Notes: a model not told the origin generated them from the sequence alone. Positions 1-8,148 are shown, counted from the stretch's first letter. The stretch is 64,000 nucleotides of DNA from Afipia felis (GCA_943371835.1 CALRWJ020000007.1:42564-106563), one strand, 5' to 3'. A program made the numbers and translations.

Positions 1-4
1 CGCG

Positions 5-583
5 GTGCTGACCGACGTGGCCATCGAGGGCGCCCTGACCCACCAGGCCGACATGACCGGCGTCGTGCGAGAGCCGACCGCCGAGGCCCGCGCGAAGGCC
101 AAGGCGCACGTCGAGGCGGCGCTGGACGGCAACGCCTGGACCGAAAGCGGCGGCGTCTTCGGCAGCCCGCCGAAGTTCGACGGCGAGGACCTGCGGCCGG
201 TCGAGGACGGGTTCAAGGGGCTGAAGCTGGCGGCCATGTCGGCCAAGGGCGCCTGCATGGTCGGAATGGACCTGTCGGGCGTCGGCCTTCAGGGCGCCAA
301 TCTGGAGGGCGCGGACCTGCGCGGGGTGAACCTGCACGGCGCCGACCTGCGCGGGGCGCGGCTGGGCGGCGCCCTGCTGAACCAGGCCGACCTGCGCGGT
401 GCCCTGCTGTCGCCGCTGCCGCTGGGCGCGGGGCGGTCCCTGCCCGTGAACCTGACGAACGCCAGTCTGCGCTGGGCGCGGCTGAGCGGCGCCGACTTCG
501 ATCAGGCGGTGCTGGGCGGCGCGGACATGCGCGGAGTCGACGTGCTGCCGCCCGAGGCCCTGCTGAGCGACGCGGTCGCCTGA
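5..583 (+). CDS. pentapeptide-repeat protein (frame is open from nt 2, so possibly 5'-truncated by the window edge)
   Basis: Tandem pentapeptide repeats GANLEGADLRGVNLHGADLRGARLGGALLNQADLRGALL; high GC3. Confidence 0.7.
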   Translation: MLTDVAIEGALTHQADMTGVVREPTAEARAKAKAHVEAALDGNAWTESGGVFGSPPKFDGEDLRPVEDGFKGLKLAAMSAKGACMVGMDLSGVGLQGANLEGADLRGVNLHGADLRGARLGGALLNQADLRGALLSPLPLGAGRSLPVNLTNASLRWARLSGADFDQAVLGGADMRGVDVLPPEALLSDAVA

Positions 584-591
584 GGCGCACG

Positions 592-618
592 AAAAAGGGG
601 CGACGTCGCCGCCGCCCC
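592..618 (-). terminator. intrinsic terminator of hsp20
   Basis: GC hairpin GGGGCGACG-TCGC-CGCCGCCCC at 597-618. It is preceded on + by AAAAA, which is a U-run after the hairpin on the - strand. Confidence 0.6.
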
Positions 619-642
619 TCGTCGAGCCTGGGATGCGGGGCC

Positions 643-1107
643 TCAGGCCGCCGCGTCGTCCGCCTTGCCCTCGATCAGCTTGCCGGCGCCCGAGCCGATC
701 TCGATGCGGCGCGGCTTCAGCGCCTCGGGCAGCTCGCGCGCCAGATCGATGGTCAGCAGGCCGTTGGCCAGATCGGCGGTCTTGACCACCACATAATCGG
801 CCAGCTGGAAGCGGCGCTCGAAGTCGCGCTCGGCCAGGCCGCGGTGCAGATAGGTCCGCTCGCCGTCGTCGTTGGCGGTCTTGCGGCCCGTGACGGTCAG
901 CAGGTTCTCCTTGACCTCGACGTTCAGCTCTTCCGGGCTGAAGCCGGCCACGGCGACCTCGATGCGATAGGCGTTCTCGCCGGTCGATTGAATGTTGTAG
1001 GGCGGCCAACCCTGATCGCTGGTGCGCGCGGCGCTTTCCAGCATCTGGGCCAGGCGGTCGAAACCGACGGCGGAGCGATAGAGGGGGGTGAAGTCGTAGG
1101 TACGCAT
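643..1107 (-). CDS. small heat-shock protein, Hsp20/IbpA family
   Basis: Alpha-crystallin domain: YNIQSTGENAYRIEVAVAGFSPEELNVEVKENLLTVTGRK...YLHRGLAERDFERRFQLAD. AGGAGG SD 6 nt before the ATG. Confidence 0.9.
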   Translation of the reverse strand: MRTYDFTPLYRSAVGFDRLAQMLESAARTSDQGWPPYNIQSTGENAYRIEVAVAGFSPEELNVEVKENLLTVTGRKTANDDGERTYLHRGLAERDFERRFQLADYVVVKTADLANGLLTIDLARELPEALKPRRIEIGSGAGKLIEGKADDAAA

Positions 1108-1234
1108 GGTCAGCCTCCTGAAAGGTCAGCAAGGGTGAGCCGCCCGGCGATTTGCCCGGACGGCGGGGTGGCGTCCCGATCGGTCCCCGAGGGGCCCCGT
1201 CCGGTCCGGAGGGCCCGACGATCGGCGCCCTCGA
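1108..1234 (-). promoter_or_regulatory. ROSE-like RNA thermometer in the hsp20 5' leader (candidate)
   Basis: On the - strand, CCUU-G-CUG (1134-1127) pairs with the SD-containing CAGGAGG (1120-1114), leaving a single bulged G. The CUUGCU anti-SD is the ROSE hallmark. The ~125-nt GC-rich leader has further hairpins. Confidence 0.5.
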
Positions 1235-1240
1235 ACGCTG

Positions 1241-1268
1241 ATTTGGGATGCCGCCCTCGTGCGTCAAG
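1241..1268 (-). promoter_or_regulatory. sigma-32-like heat-shock promoter (candidate)
   Basis: - strand reads CTTGAC-N15-CCCAAAT, resembling the RpoH consensus CTTGAA-N13-15-CCCCAT. Confidence 0.4.
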
Positions 1269-1337
1269 AGGTGGGCTGTCGCCCCCGGGCGCGGACGGGC
1301 TACAACGGCCTCATCGCCTGTTTTCCGGAGACGATCC

Positions 1338-2078
1338 ATGCGCCCGACCGCCTTCGCCCCCCTGGCCGCCGCCGTCCTTCTGGCCGTGCCCGTCGTCGCC
1401 TGCGCCCAGCAGCCGGCCGAGGACGCCGCCCTGCGCGCGGCGATCGCCTCGCCGAACCGCTCGGCCACCGATCGCGACCGCGACCAGTTCCGCCACCCCT
1501 ATGAGAGCCTGACCTTCTGGGGTCTGCGGCCGGGCATCACGGTCGTGGAGATCCAGCCCGGCGCCGCGGGCTGGTGGACCCAGATCCTGCAGCCTTACGC
1601 CGAGGCGACCGGCGGCCGCTACGTGCCCGTGGGCCGGCTCCAGGACGGGCTGGGCGTGCCGGACGGGACGGCCGACATGGTCCTGGTCGCGCGCGCGTTT
1701 CACAACTGGCGCCGGCAGGGGGCGACCGACGGGCTGATGAGCCAGTTCTACGCGGCGCTGAAGCCCGGCGGCGTCCTGGCCGTGGAACAGCATCGCGCCG
1801 AGCCGGGAAGCGACCCGGACGTGACGTCGCCCTTCGGCTACGTGTCCGAGGCCTATGTGATCGAGGCGGCGCAGAAGGCGGGCTTCGTGCTGGACGACCG
1901 CAGCGAGCTGAACGCCAACCCGCGCGACGAGCGCTATCATCCCTGCGGCGTGTGGCGCCTGCCGCCGACCCGTCGCGGGCCTGAGCAGGGCTGCAACATC
2001 ACGCCCGAACAACGCGCGGAGTTCGACCGGATCGGCGAAAGCGACCGCATGACGCTGCGCTTCCGCAAGCCCGGTTGA
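1338..2078 (+). CDS. class I SAM-methyltransferase-fold protein with N-terminal signal peptide (COG4798-like)
   Basis: Signal-like N-terminus MRPTAFAPLAAAVLLAVPVVACAQQ. Motifs DRDRDQFRHPYESLTFWGL, VVEIQPGAAGWWT, LKPGGVLAVEQH. GGAGA SD before ATG 1338. Confidence 0.75.
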   Translation: MRPTAFAPLAAAVLLAVPVVACAQQPAEDAALRAAIASPNRSATDRDRDQFRHPYESLTFWGLRPGITVVEIQPGAAGWWTQILQPYAEATGGRYVPVGRLQDGLGVPDGTADMVLVARAFHNWRRQGATDGLMSQFYAALKPGGVLAVEQHRAEPGSDPDVTSPFGYVSEAYVIEAAQKAGFVLDDRSELNANPRDERYHPCGVWRLPPTRRGPEQGCNITPEQRAEFDRIGESDRMTLRFRKPG

Positions 2079-2175
2079 GGCCGCCTTCCCGCTTTGACCC
2101 GCGCCGCGAAGCCCTCTAATCCCATCGCTTCGGCGCGCGGTTCTGACCCGCGCCGCGCTGCTGGGGACGTGAGCC

Positions 2176-3111
2176 ATGGCTGACGGGGCGAGGACGGGAG
2201 GCACGATCCCGGGCGGTCGACGGACCGGCCCGGCGCGCCGCGCCCTGCTGACCGGCGCCGCCGCCTTCGTCCTGGCCGCTCCCGCCGCCTGCGGACGCCG
2301 CGAGAAGACCGAGGCCCCCGCGCCCGACGCGCCCGCCGGGCCGCCGCGCGGCACGCTGGAGTGGGCCGTCGAGGGCCCCTGGCGCGCCCAGGACCGCGCC
2401 CGGGACGAAGACCGTCATCCGATGGAGACCCTGCGCTTCTTCGGCCTGCAGCCCAGGATGACGGTGGCGGACTTCTGGCCCGGCACGGGCTGGTACACCG
2501 AGATCGTCGCGCCCTATCTGAAGGAAGGCGGCGGCAAGTATCTGGCCGTGGGGTTCCAGACGGGCGCGGGCGCCGACCCCGCGCAGCTGGCCCTGAACGA
2601 CGCCTATCAGCGCCGCTTCGGCGCGGACCAGCGCCTGTACGGCGACGTGGTCTTCTCCGAGTTCGGCCCGACCAGCGGCCCGGTCGCCGAGGCCGGCTCG
2701 GTCGATCTGGTCATGTTCATGCGCACGCTGCATTCGTGGATGGCGGCCGGGATCGCGGAAAAGGCCTTCGCCGACGCCTTCGCGGCGCTGCGGCCCGGCG
2801 GCACGCTGGGCGTCGAGCAGCACCGCCTGGGCCCCGAGAAGGACCAGGACCCCGTCGCGGCCAGCGGATACGTGCAGGAGGCCTTCGTGCGCCAGCTGGC
2901 GACCGAGGCGGGCTTCCAGTTCGTCGCCTCGTCCGAGATCAACGCCAACCCGGAGGACGACGGCGATCACCCGTTCGGCGTCGACACCCTTCCGCCGCGC
3001 CTGCTGACGGCGCCGGTGGGCGAGCCGCCCGACCCCGATTTCGACACCGCCCCCTTCGCCGCCATCGGCGAGAGCGACCGCATGACCTTGAAGTTCAGGA
3101 AGCCCGAGTGA
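2176..3111 (+). CDS. class I SAM-methyltransferase-fold protein, paralog of 1338..2078, with Tat/lipoprotein-like N-terminus
   Basis: RRALLTGAAAFVLAAPAACG N-terminus. Motifs collinear with the upstream gene: DRARDEDRHPMETLRFFGL, LRPGGTLGVEQH, IGESDRMTLKFRKP. Confidence 0.75.
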   Translation: MADGARTGGTIPGGRRTGPARRALLTGAAAFVLAAPAACGRREKTEAPAPDAPAGPPRGTLEWAVEGPWRAQDRARDEDRHPMETLRFFGLQPRMTVADFWPGTGWYTEIVAPYLKEGGGKYLAVGFQTGAGADPAQLALNDAYQRRFGADQRLYGDVVFSEFGPTSGPVAEAGSVDLVMFMRTLHSWMAAGIAEKAFADAFAALRPGGTLGVEQHRLGPEKDQDPVAASGYVQEAFVRQLATEAGFQFVASSEINANPEDDGDHPFGVDTLPPRLLTAPVGEPPDPDFDTAPFAAIGESDRMTLKFRKPE

Positions 3112-4145
3112 GCCGAGCCGCCGCCTATGCCGCCAACGCGCCCCTGATGGGCGTTCCGGGCGCCGCGTCGCCTCCGGGCGGAGAGGGGTCGTGGTATCGG
3201 GGCGCGGGCGGCCTGCGCCTGCGCGCGGCCTTCTGGCGGCCGACGGCGCTGATGGGCGAGCGTCCGCGCGGCACCGTGGTGCTGAGCCCCGGCCGCACCG
3301 AGCCGATCGAGAAGTATTTCGAGCTGATCGGCAATCTGACCCAGCGCGGCTGGTGCGTCCTAGCGCACGACTGGCGCGGACAGGGGCTGTCGGCGCGGCT
3401 CCTGCCGGACCGGTTGAAGGGCCACGCGCGCGCGGTCGAGGAGTATCTGGACGACTTCGCGCGCCTGCTGGAAGCGTTCGAGGCCTCGGCCCCGCGACCC
3501 TGGGTGATGGTCGGCCACTCCATGGGCGCGGCCCTGAACCTGGCGACGCTGGAGGCCGGCGAGACGCGGTTCTCAGGCGCCCTGCTCAGCGCGCCGATGC
3601 TGAAGATCAAGACGGGCAAGCGGTCGATGTGGTCGGTCAAGCTGGCCGTCCGCTGGAACCTGCGCCACGGCAAGGCCGGGGACTACGTTCTGGACGATCC
3701 CGACGATCCGTTCGAGCACACGTTCGAGAAGGACGCCCTGACGTCCGACGAGGCGCGCTATGAGCTGTGGCGCCAACAGCTGTACGCCTGCCCGCACCTG
3801 GCGGTGGGCGGACCGACGTGGGGGTGGCTGGCCTTCGCCATCGACCTGGGCGAGCGGGTCCTGAAGCCCAAGGCGCTGAAGGCGGTGAAGATCCCCGTCT
3901 GCGTCGTGCAGCCGGGCGACGACGACCGCGTCTGGAAGCAGACGACCAAGTGGGCCGTGAAGCGCATGGGTCGGGGCCGCTACGTCGAGGTCGCCGGGGC
4001 CAAGCACGAGGTCATCATGGAGACCGACGACCGGCGCGCGCAGTTCCTGGAGGAGTTCGACGCCCTGGCCGCCTACGTCTCGCCGGTCGAGGACCTGTCG
4101 CCGCTGCCGCAGCCGGCGTCCGAACCGTCCGAACAGGTCGCCTGA
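3108..4145 (+). CDS. alpha/beta hydrolase (lysophospholipase / monoglyceride-lipase-like)
   Basis: HDWRGQGLS and the nucleophile elbow GHSMGA. GTG 3108 overlaps the upstream stop (GTGA); the alternative ATG is 3147. The upstream 250 codons of track ORF 2361..4145 are not coding. Confidence 0.8.
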   Translation: MSRAAAYAANAPLMGVPGAASPPGGEGSWYRGAGGLRLRAAFWRPTALMGERPRGTVVLSPGRTEPIEKYFELIGNLTQRGWCVLAHDWRGQGLSARLLPDRLKGHARAVEEYLDDFARLLEAFEASAPRPWVMVGHSMGAALNLATLEAGETRFSGALLSAPMLKIKTGKRSMWSVKLAVRWNLRHGKAGDYVLDDPDDPFEHTFEKDALTSDEARYELWRQQLYACPHLAVGGPTWGWLAFAIDLGERVLKPKALKAVKIPVCVVQPGDDDRVWKQTTKWAVKRMGRGRYVEVAGAKHEVIMETDDRRAQFLEEFDALAAYVSPVEDLSPLPQPASEPSEQVA

Positions 4146-4146
4146 G

Positions 4147-4629
4147 TCAGCCGGCCGGGCGGCACTGGGCGCACAGGCCGTGCGCCTCGACCGTGGCGTG
4201 CCGGATGACGAAACCGCGCGCGTCCGCGGACGTCGAGACCTGCGGCCCCGCGCCGCCCGCCACCTCGGCCGTCGCGCCGCAGCAGTCGCAGATCAGGAAG
4301 GCGGCGGCGTGGTCCGGTCCGGCGTGGGCGCAGGCGACGTAGGCGCTGATCGAAGCGATGCGGTGCGCCAGGCCGCGCCGCTCCAGAAACTCCAGCGCGC
4401 GATAGACGGTGGGGGGCTTGGCCGGCGGCCCCTCGCCGCCGAACCCGGCGATGAGGTCGTAGGCCTTCACCGGCTCCGCGGCGGTCAGCAGCATCTCCAG
4501 GACCCGGCGCCGGGGCTCGGTCATGCGCTCGCCCGCGACCCGGCAAGCGGCCTCGGCCTCCGCCAGCGCCCGGGCGACGACCGTCGCCGTCGGTCGGGAA
4601 TGGTGATGCTCGTTGCCGCAGCCGTCCAT
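4147..4629 (-). CDS. zur: Zur (Fur-family zinc uptake regulator)
   Basis: KPPTVYRALEFLERRGLAHRI, FLICDCCG and EAHGLCAQC are collinear with E. coli Zur motifs. His-rich N-terminus MDGCGNEHHH. Confidence 0.85.
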   Translation of the reverse strand: MDGCGNEHHHSRPTATVVARALAEAEAACRVAGERMTEPRRRVLEMLLTAAEPVKAYDLIAGFGGEGPPAKPPTVYRALEFLERRGLAHRIASISAYVACAHAGPDHAAAFLICDCCGATAEVAGGAGPQVSTSADARGFVIRHATVEAHGLCAQCRPAG

Positions 4630-4771
4630 GGGATCCCAGCTAAGCGTTGCGCGGGTTCGGGGCAACCTTGGCCGCGGGCGGGCGACGGGGGGGCCCGCCT
4701 CCGTTTGCCGCCCGTGCGCCCATGCGATAGAAGGCGCGCCTTCCGCCACATTCCAGAGCGTTTTCGCCTCC

Positions 4772-5575
4772 ATGACCGACACCAACATCCAGACCGGCCA
4801 GATGACCGGCCAGCTCGCCGGCACCGTCCTGTTCTACGGCCGCCCCGAACCGCTGTCGGTCGAGAACCACGGGACCCTGGGCATCGAGGGGACCGAGAAG
4901 CCCTTCGCCTTCGTCGAGAAGTCGCACATCGTGCCGCTGACCGTGACCGAGTTCGCGCCGGCCGCCCTGTCGTATCCGATCATCTTCGTCGGCGACCAGC
5001 GCCAGCCGGTGGCCGTCATGGGCCTGCGCCCCGACCAGAACCTGTTCGTCGCCGACGGCCTGTTCAAGCCCGAGGCCTACATCCCGGCCTACGTGCGCCG
5101 CTATCCCTTCGTCTTCGCCAACGACGACGGCCAGCAGCGCCTGATCCTGTGCGTCGACCGCGACGCGCCGTACCTGAAGGAAGGCGGCGCCCAGCCGCTG
5201 TTCACCGACGGCCAGCCCAGCGCCTTCACCCAGCGCGCCATGGATTTCTGCAACAATTTCGAGCAGGAGCGCCTGCGCACCGACGCCTTCGTCGGTCTGC
5301 TGAAGGAACTGGACCTGCTGGAGATCCGCGAGGCCACCTTCACCCCGCGCGACGCCTCGGGCGCAGTCGCGGGCGAAACTCAGAAGATCGCCGAATACTA
5401 CGCCGTGTCGGAAGACAAGCTGCGCGCCCTGTCGGCCGACAAGCTGGCCGAGCTGCGCGACAACGGCGCCCTGGGCCAGATCTACGCTCACCTGACGTCG
5501 CTCTTGGGCTGGGACCGTCTGATCGCCCTGACCTTCTCGCAGGCCCAGGACGCGCCGGTCGTCGCCAACGCCTGA
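4772..5575 (+). CDS. SapC family protein
   Basis: YPIIFVGD...PVAVMGL...YIPAYVRRYPFVFA...LCVDRDAPYL, typical of the SapC family. Confidence 0.8.
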   Translation: MTDTNIQTGQMTGQLAGTVLFYGRPEPLSVENHGTLGIEGTEKPFAFVEKSHIVPLTVTEFAPAALSYPIIFVGDQRQPVAVMGLRPDQNLFVADGLFKPEAYIPAYVRRYPFVFANDDGQQRLILCVDRDAPYLKEGGAQPLFTDGQPSAFTQRAMDFCNNFEQERLRTDAFVGLLKELDLLEIREATFTPRDASGAVAGETQKIAEYYAVSEDKLRALSADKLAELRDNGALGQIYAHLTSLLGWDRLIALTFSQAQDAPVVANA

Positions 5576-5599
5576 CGTCGTCGCCTTCGCGCGCGCGGG

Positions 5600-5624
5600 A
5601 CGGCGGCCCTCGGGCCGCCGTTTT
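5600..5624 (+). terminator. intrinsic terminator after sapC-family gene
   Basis: CGGCGGCC-CTCG-GGCCGCCG followed by TTTT. Confidence 0.7.
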
Positions 5625-5634
5625 GCGTTCAGAC

Positions 5635-6042
5635 TCAGCGCCGGGCGAACACGGTCCGCGTCAAACACGAGAAGACCAGCCGACCGCCCTCGTCCAGCAG
5701 GTCGTGCTGGGCGATGACGATGCCCTTGTCGTCGCCCACCGGGTCCTTGCCCATCACCGTCATGCGGCCCCGCATCAGCTCGCCGGTCGGCGGATTGCGC
5801 AGGAACCGCAGCCCGTCGACGGCCAGCACCTTGGTCTGGGCCCATCCGCGCGCCTTGTCCCCGAACAGGCGGCTCCACAGCACATAGACCAAGGCGTCGG
5901 GCGCGCCTTCCTCCACGTCCCAGCCGGGCACGAAGCGCTCGGCGAAGCCGGTCACCATGTCCGCGTCGGCCGCACAGGCGCCCAGAGGGATCACCTCGCC
6001 GGTCGACAGATCCTCATAGTGGAGGTGAAGCGGCTCGGTCAT
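5635..6042 (-). CDS. MaoC-like (hot-dog fold) dehydratase family protein
   Basis: 135 aa of hot-dog size, with the pattern LRFLRNPPTGELMRGRMTV...IVIAQHDLLDEGGRLV. High GC3. Confidence 0.6.
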   Translation of the reverse strand: MTEPLHLHYEDLSTGEVIPLGACAADADMVTGFAERFVPGWDVEEGAPDALVYVLWSRLFGDKARGWAQTKVLAVDGLRFLRNPPTGELMRGRMTVMGKDPVGDDKGIVIAQHDLLDEGGRLVFSCLTRTVFARR

Positions 6043-6059
6043 GCGTCCTCGACGGCGGT

Positions 6060-7073
6060 TCAGGGCTCTTCGGACACCCGAACCAGCAGCTTGCCGTCGT
6101 GCGACCCGGTGAACAAGCGGTTCAGGCTGTCGACCGCGCTCTCCAGCCCGTCGTCGACGTGCACCTTCCACTTCACACGGCCGTCGGCCAGCATCGGTCC
6201 CAGGCCGGCCACCATCTCCTTGGCGCGCGGGGCGTAATCCATGACCAGGAAGCCCTGTACGCGCAGGCGGTGCGTGATCAGGCGGCTGAAGTCGGGCGAC
6301 GGCGGGCGGCGCGTGGCGTTGTAGGACGAGATTAGCCCGCACACGGCCATGCGACCGTGGATCTTGAGGCGGTTGAACACCGCCAGCATGATGTCGCCGC
6401 CGACGTTCTCGAAATTCATTTCGACGCCGTCGGGGGCCAGGCGGTCCAGCGCTTCGCCCACGTCCTCGTTCTTGTAGTCGATCGCCGCGTCGAACCCGAG
6501 GTCGTCGGTCAGCCAGCGGCATTTGTCCGGCCCGCCGGCGATGCCGACGACCCGCGCGCCGTGCGCCTTGGCGACCTGACCGGCGATCGAGCCGACCGCG
6601 CCCGCCGCGGCGGAGACGACGATCGTCTCGCCGGCCCTGGGCTGCAGCACGTCGGTGACGCCGAACCAGGCCGTCATGCCCGTCATGCCCATGACCGACA
6701 TGTTGGCCGTCAGCGGCAGGCCCGGCACACGGTGCACCCGCGAGGCGGCGCCGGCGTCGATCACCGCCCTGTCGGCCCAGCCCCCCGCCGCCGTGGTGAC
6801 CACGTCCCCGACGGCGAAGCGATCCGACCGGCTTTCCTCGACCACGCCCAGCGTGAGGCCGCGCATCACGTCGCCCAGGCCGACGGGCGGCAGATAGCCT
6901 TGGACGTCGTTCATCCAGGTGCGGTTGGTGGGGTCCAGCGACAAATAGACCGTGCGCACCTTGATCTGGCCCTCGCCGACGTCGGCCAGCGGGGCCTCGA
7001 CCAGTTCCAGATCGCCGTCCTGGATCAGGCCCTGCGGTCGGCGGCGAAGAACCCACTGGCGGCTGACGGACAT
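6060..7073 (-). CDS. NADP-dependent oxidoreductase, medium-chain dehydrogenase/reductase family (YncB/CurA/PTGR-like)
   Basis: MTAWFG...AAAGAVGSIAGQVAK nucleotide-binding motif; C-terminal LFTGSHDGKLLVRV. Confidence 0.85.
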   Translation of the reverse strand: MSVSRQWVLRRRPQGLIQDGDLELVEAPLADVGEGQIKVRTVYLSLDPTNRTWMNDVQGYLPPVGLGDVMRGLTLGVVEESRSDRFAVGDVVTTAAGGWADRAVIDAGAASRVHRVPGLPLTANMSVMGMTGMTAWFGVTDVLQPRAGETIVVSAAAGAVGSIAGQVAKAHGARVVGIAGGPDKCRWLTDDLGFDAAIDYKNEDVGEALDRLAPDGVEMNFENVGGDIMLAVFNRLKIHGRMAVCGLISSYNATRRPPSPDFSRLITHRLRVQGFLVMDYAPRAKEMVAGLGPMLADGRVKWKVHVDDGLESAVDSLNRLFTGSHDGKLLVRVSEEP

Positions 7074-7133
7074 GGCGCGCTCCCTGCGTTGCGTTTCGGA
7101 ACGGACCTTAGCTCTTGCGGGACGCGGCGCAAG

Positions 7134-7250
7134 AAAAAGGCGGGACCGTTTCCGGTCCCGCCAAGGGTCGCATCATCGAGAATGAGGTGCGGAGGCGACA
7201 GACCGGATCGCTCCGGTCTCGTGTCGGGGGGGCGTCGCCGCCTCCGCAAA
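7134..7250 (-). ncRNA. candidate small RNA (GsrN-like) between two terminators downstream of phyR
   Basis: - strand shows a long stem GCGGAGG(CGG)CGAC...GUCGCCUCCGC that encloses a C7 tract and a perfect 8-bp hairpin AGACCGGA-GCGA-UCCGGUCU. A 10-bp GC terminator hairpin (7139-7162) plus U5 follows. A near-consensus EcfG promoter lies upstream. Confidence 0.4.
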
Positions 7251-7255
7251 TCGAA

Positions 7256-7280
7256 AATGCCCGGGCGCGAAAGCCGTTCC
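7256..7280 (-). promoter_or_regulatory. near-consensus sigma-EcfG promoter (candidate) for the putative sRNA
   Basis: - strand reads GGAAC-N16-CATT, one mismatch to GGAAC-N16-CGTT. It is embedded in the loop and 3' side of the phyR terminator, so it may be coincidental. Confidence 0.3.
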
Positions 7281-7300
7281 CGCCCCGGGCGTTTTTTTTT
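7259..7300. terminator. bidirectional intrinsic terminator at phyR 3' end
   Basis: Hairpin GCCCGGGCG...CGCCCCGGGC flanked by AAAAT on the 5' side and T9 on the 3' side. On the - strand it directly follows the phyR TAA stop. Confidence 0.7.
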
Positions 7301-8087
7301 ACGCCGCCTCTTTCTGGCGCGTCGGGTGGAAGAACAGCGCCTGGCTGATCGCCGCCTTCACCGTCTCCGGCTGGAAGGGCTTGGTGATCAGGAAGGTCGG
7401 CTCCGGGCGCTCGCCGGTCAGCAGGCGCTCGGGGAAGGCGGTGATGAAGATCACCGGCACGTCGAAGCGCGTCAGGATGTCCTTGACCGCGTCGATGCCC
7501 GACGAACCGTCGGCCAGCTGGATGTCGGCCAGCACCAGACCCGGACGGTGACGCGCGACGGCGTCCACGGCCTCGTCATGCGTCGTCGCCGTGGCGGTGA
7601 CGCGGTGACCCAGCTCTTTCACCAGGCTTTCGATGTCGGCGGAAATGATGGCTTCGTCCTCGATGATCAGGACGTCGGTGGCCAGCTCGGCGTCGATGTC
7701 GGCCTGAGCCTCGGCGATCAGGCCCTCCACCGAGTGCGGATCGGCGCCCAGGATCTGCGCGGCCTCGGAGGGGGTGAAGCCCTCCAGCGCCGTCAGCAGG
7801 AAGGCCTGCCGCGACTTCGGCGAAATGCGCATCAGGCGGCGACCGGCGTCGTCGTGATCGGTCGGGGTCGGCTCCAGCTGCGCGCCGGTGGTCGACCAGA
7901 TGGCATGGAACACATGATACAGCGCCACGCGCGGCGTCATGTCGGGCGACAGCTGGCGCTCGCCGGCGGCCAAGGCCTCCAGCGCGACGCGGACGTAGTT
8001 GTCGCCCGTGGCTTGATCGCCCGTCAGGGCGCGGGCGTAGCGGCGGACGTAAGGCAGGTGCGGCGCGAGTCTGGCCAGAAGGCTCAT
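7299..8087 (-). CDS. phyR: PhyR, anti-anti-sigma response regulator of the general stress response
   Basis: N-terminal sigma-like domain (LPYVRRYARALTGDQ..., FLLTALEGFTPSEAAQILG) plus a C-terminal receiver (VLIIEDE..., LVLADIQLADGSSG, FITAFPE). Confidence 0.95.
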   Translation of the reverse strand: MSLLARLAPHLPYVRRYARALTGDQATGDNYVRVALEALAAGERQLSPDMTPRVALYHVFHAIWSTTGAQLEPTPTDHDDAGRRLMRISPKSRQAFLLTALEGFTPSEAAQILGADPHSVEGLIAEAQADIDAELATDVLIIEDEAIISADIESLVKELGHRVTATATTHDEAVDAVARHRPGLVLADIQLADGSSGIDAVKDILTRFDVPVIFITAFPERLLTGERPEPTFLITKPFQPETVKAAISQALFFHPTRQKEAA

Positions 8088-8148
8088 TTTCGTAGGGTCC
8101 CGACGATGGAGGCCCCGCCTCTTTCGACGGAGCGTTGCGATCCAACTC

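Noticed and set aside
2361-3107. The N-terminal 250 codons of track ORF 2361..4145, which would make a 594-aa hydrolase.
   Set aside because: This stretch overlaps the well-supported methyltransferase paralog in another frame and is Arg/Gly/Pro junk. The alpha/beta hydrolase similarity begins only near 3108-3147.
7100-7125. A plus-strand GGAAC (7098-7102) considered as an EcfG promoter for a plus-strand sRNA ending at the T9 terminator.
   Set aside because: No CGTT or GTT occurs at N16-17. The segment reads better as the minus-strand sigma-70-type promoter (TTGCGCC...GCTAAGGT) of the oxidoreductase gene.
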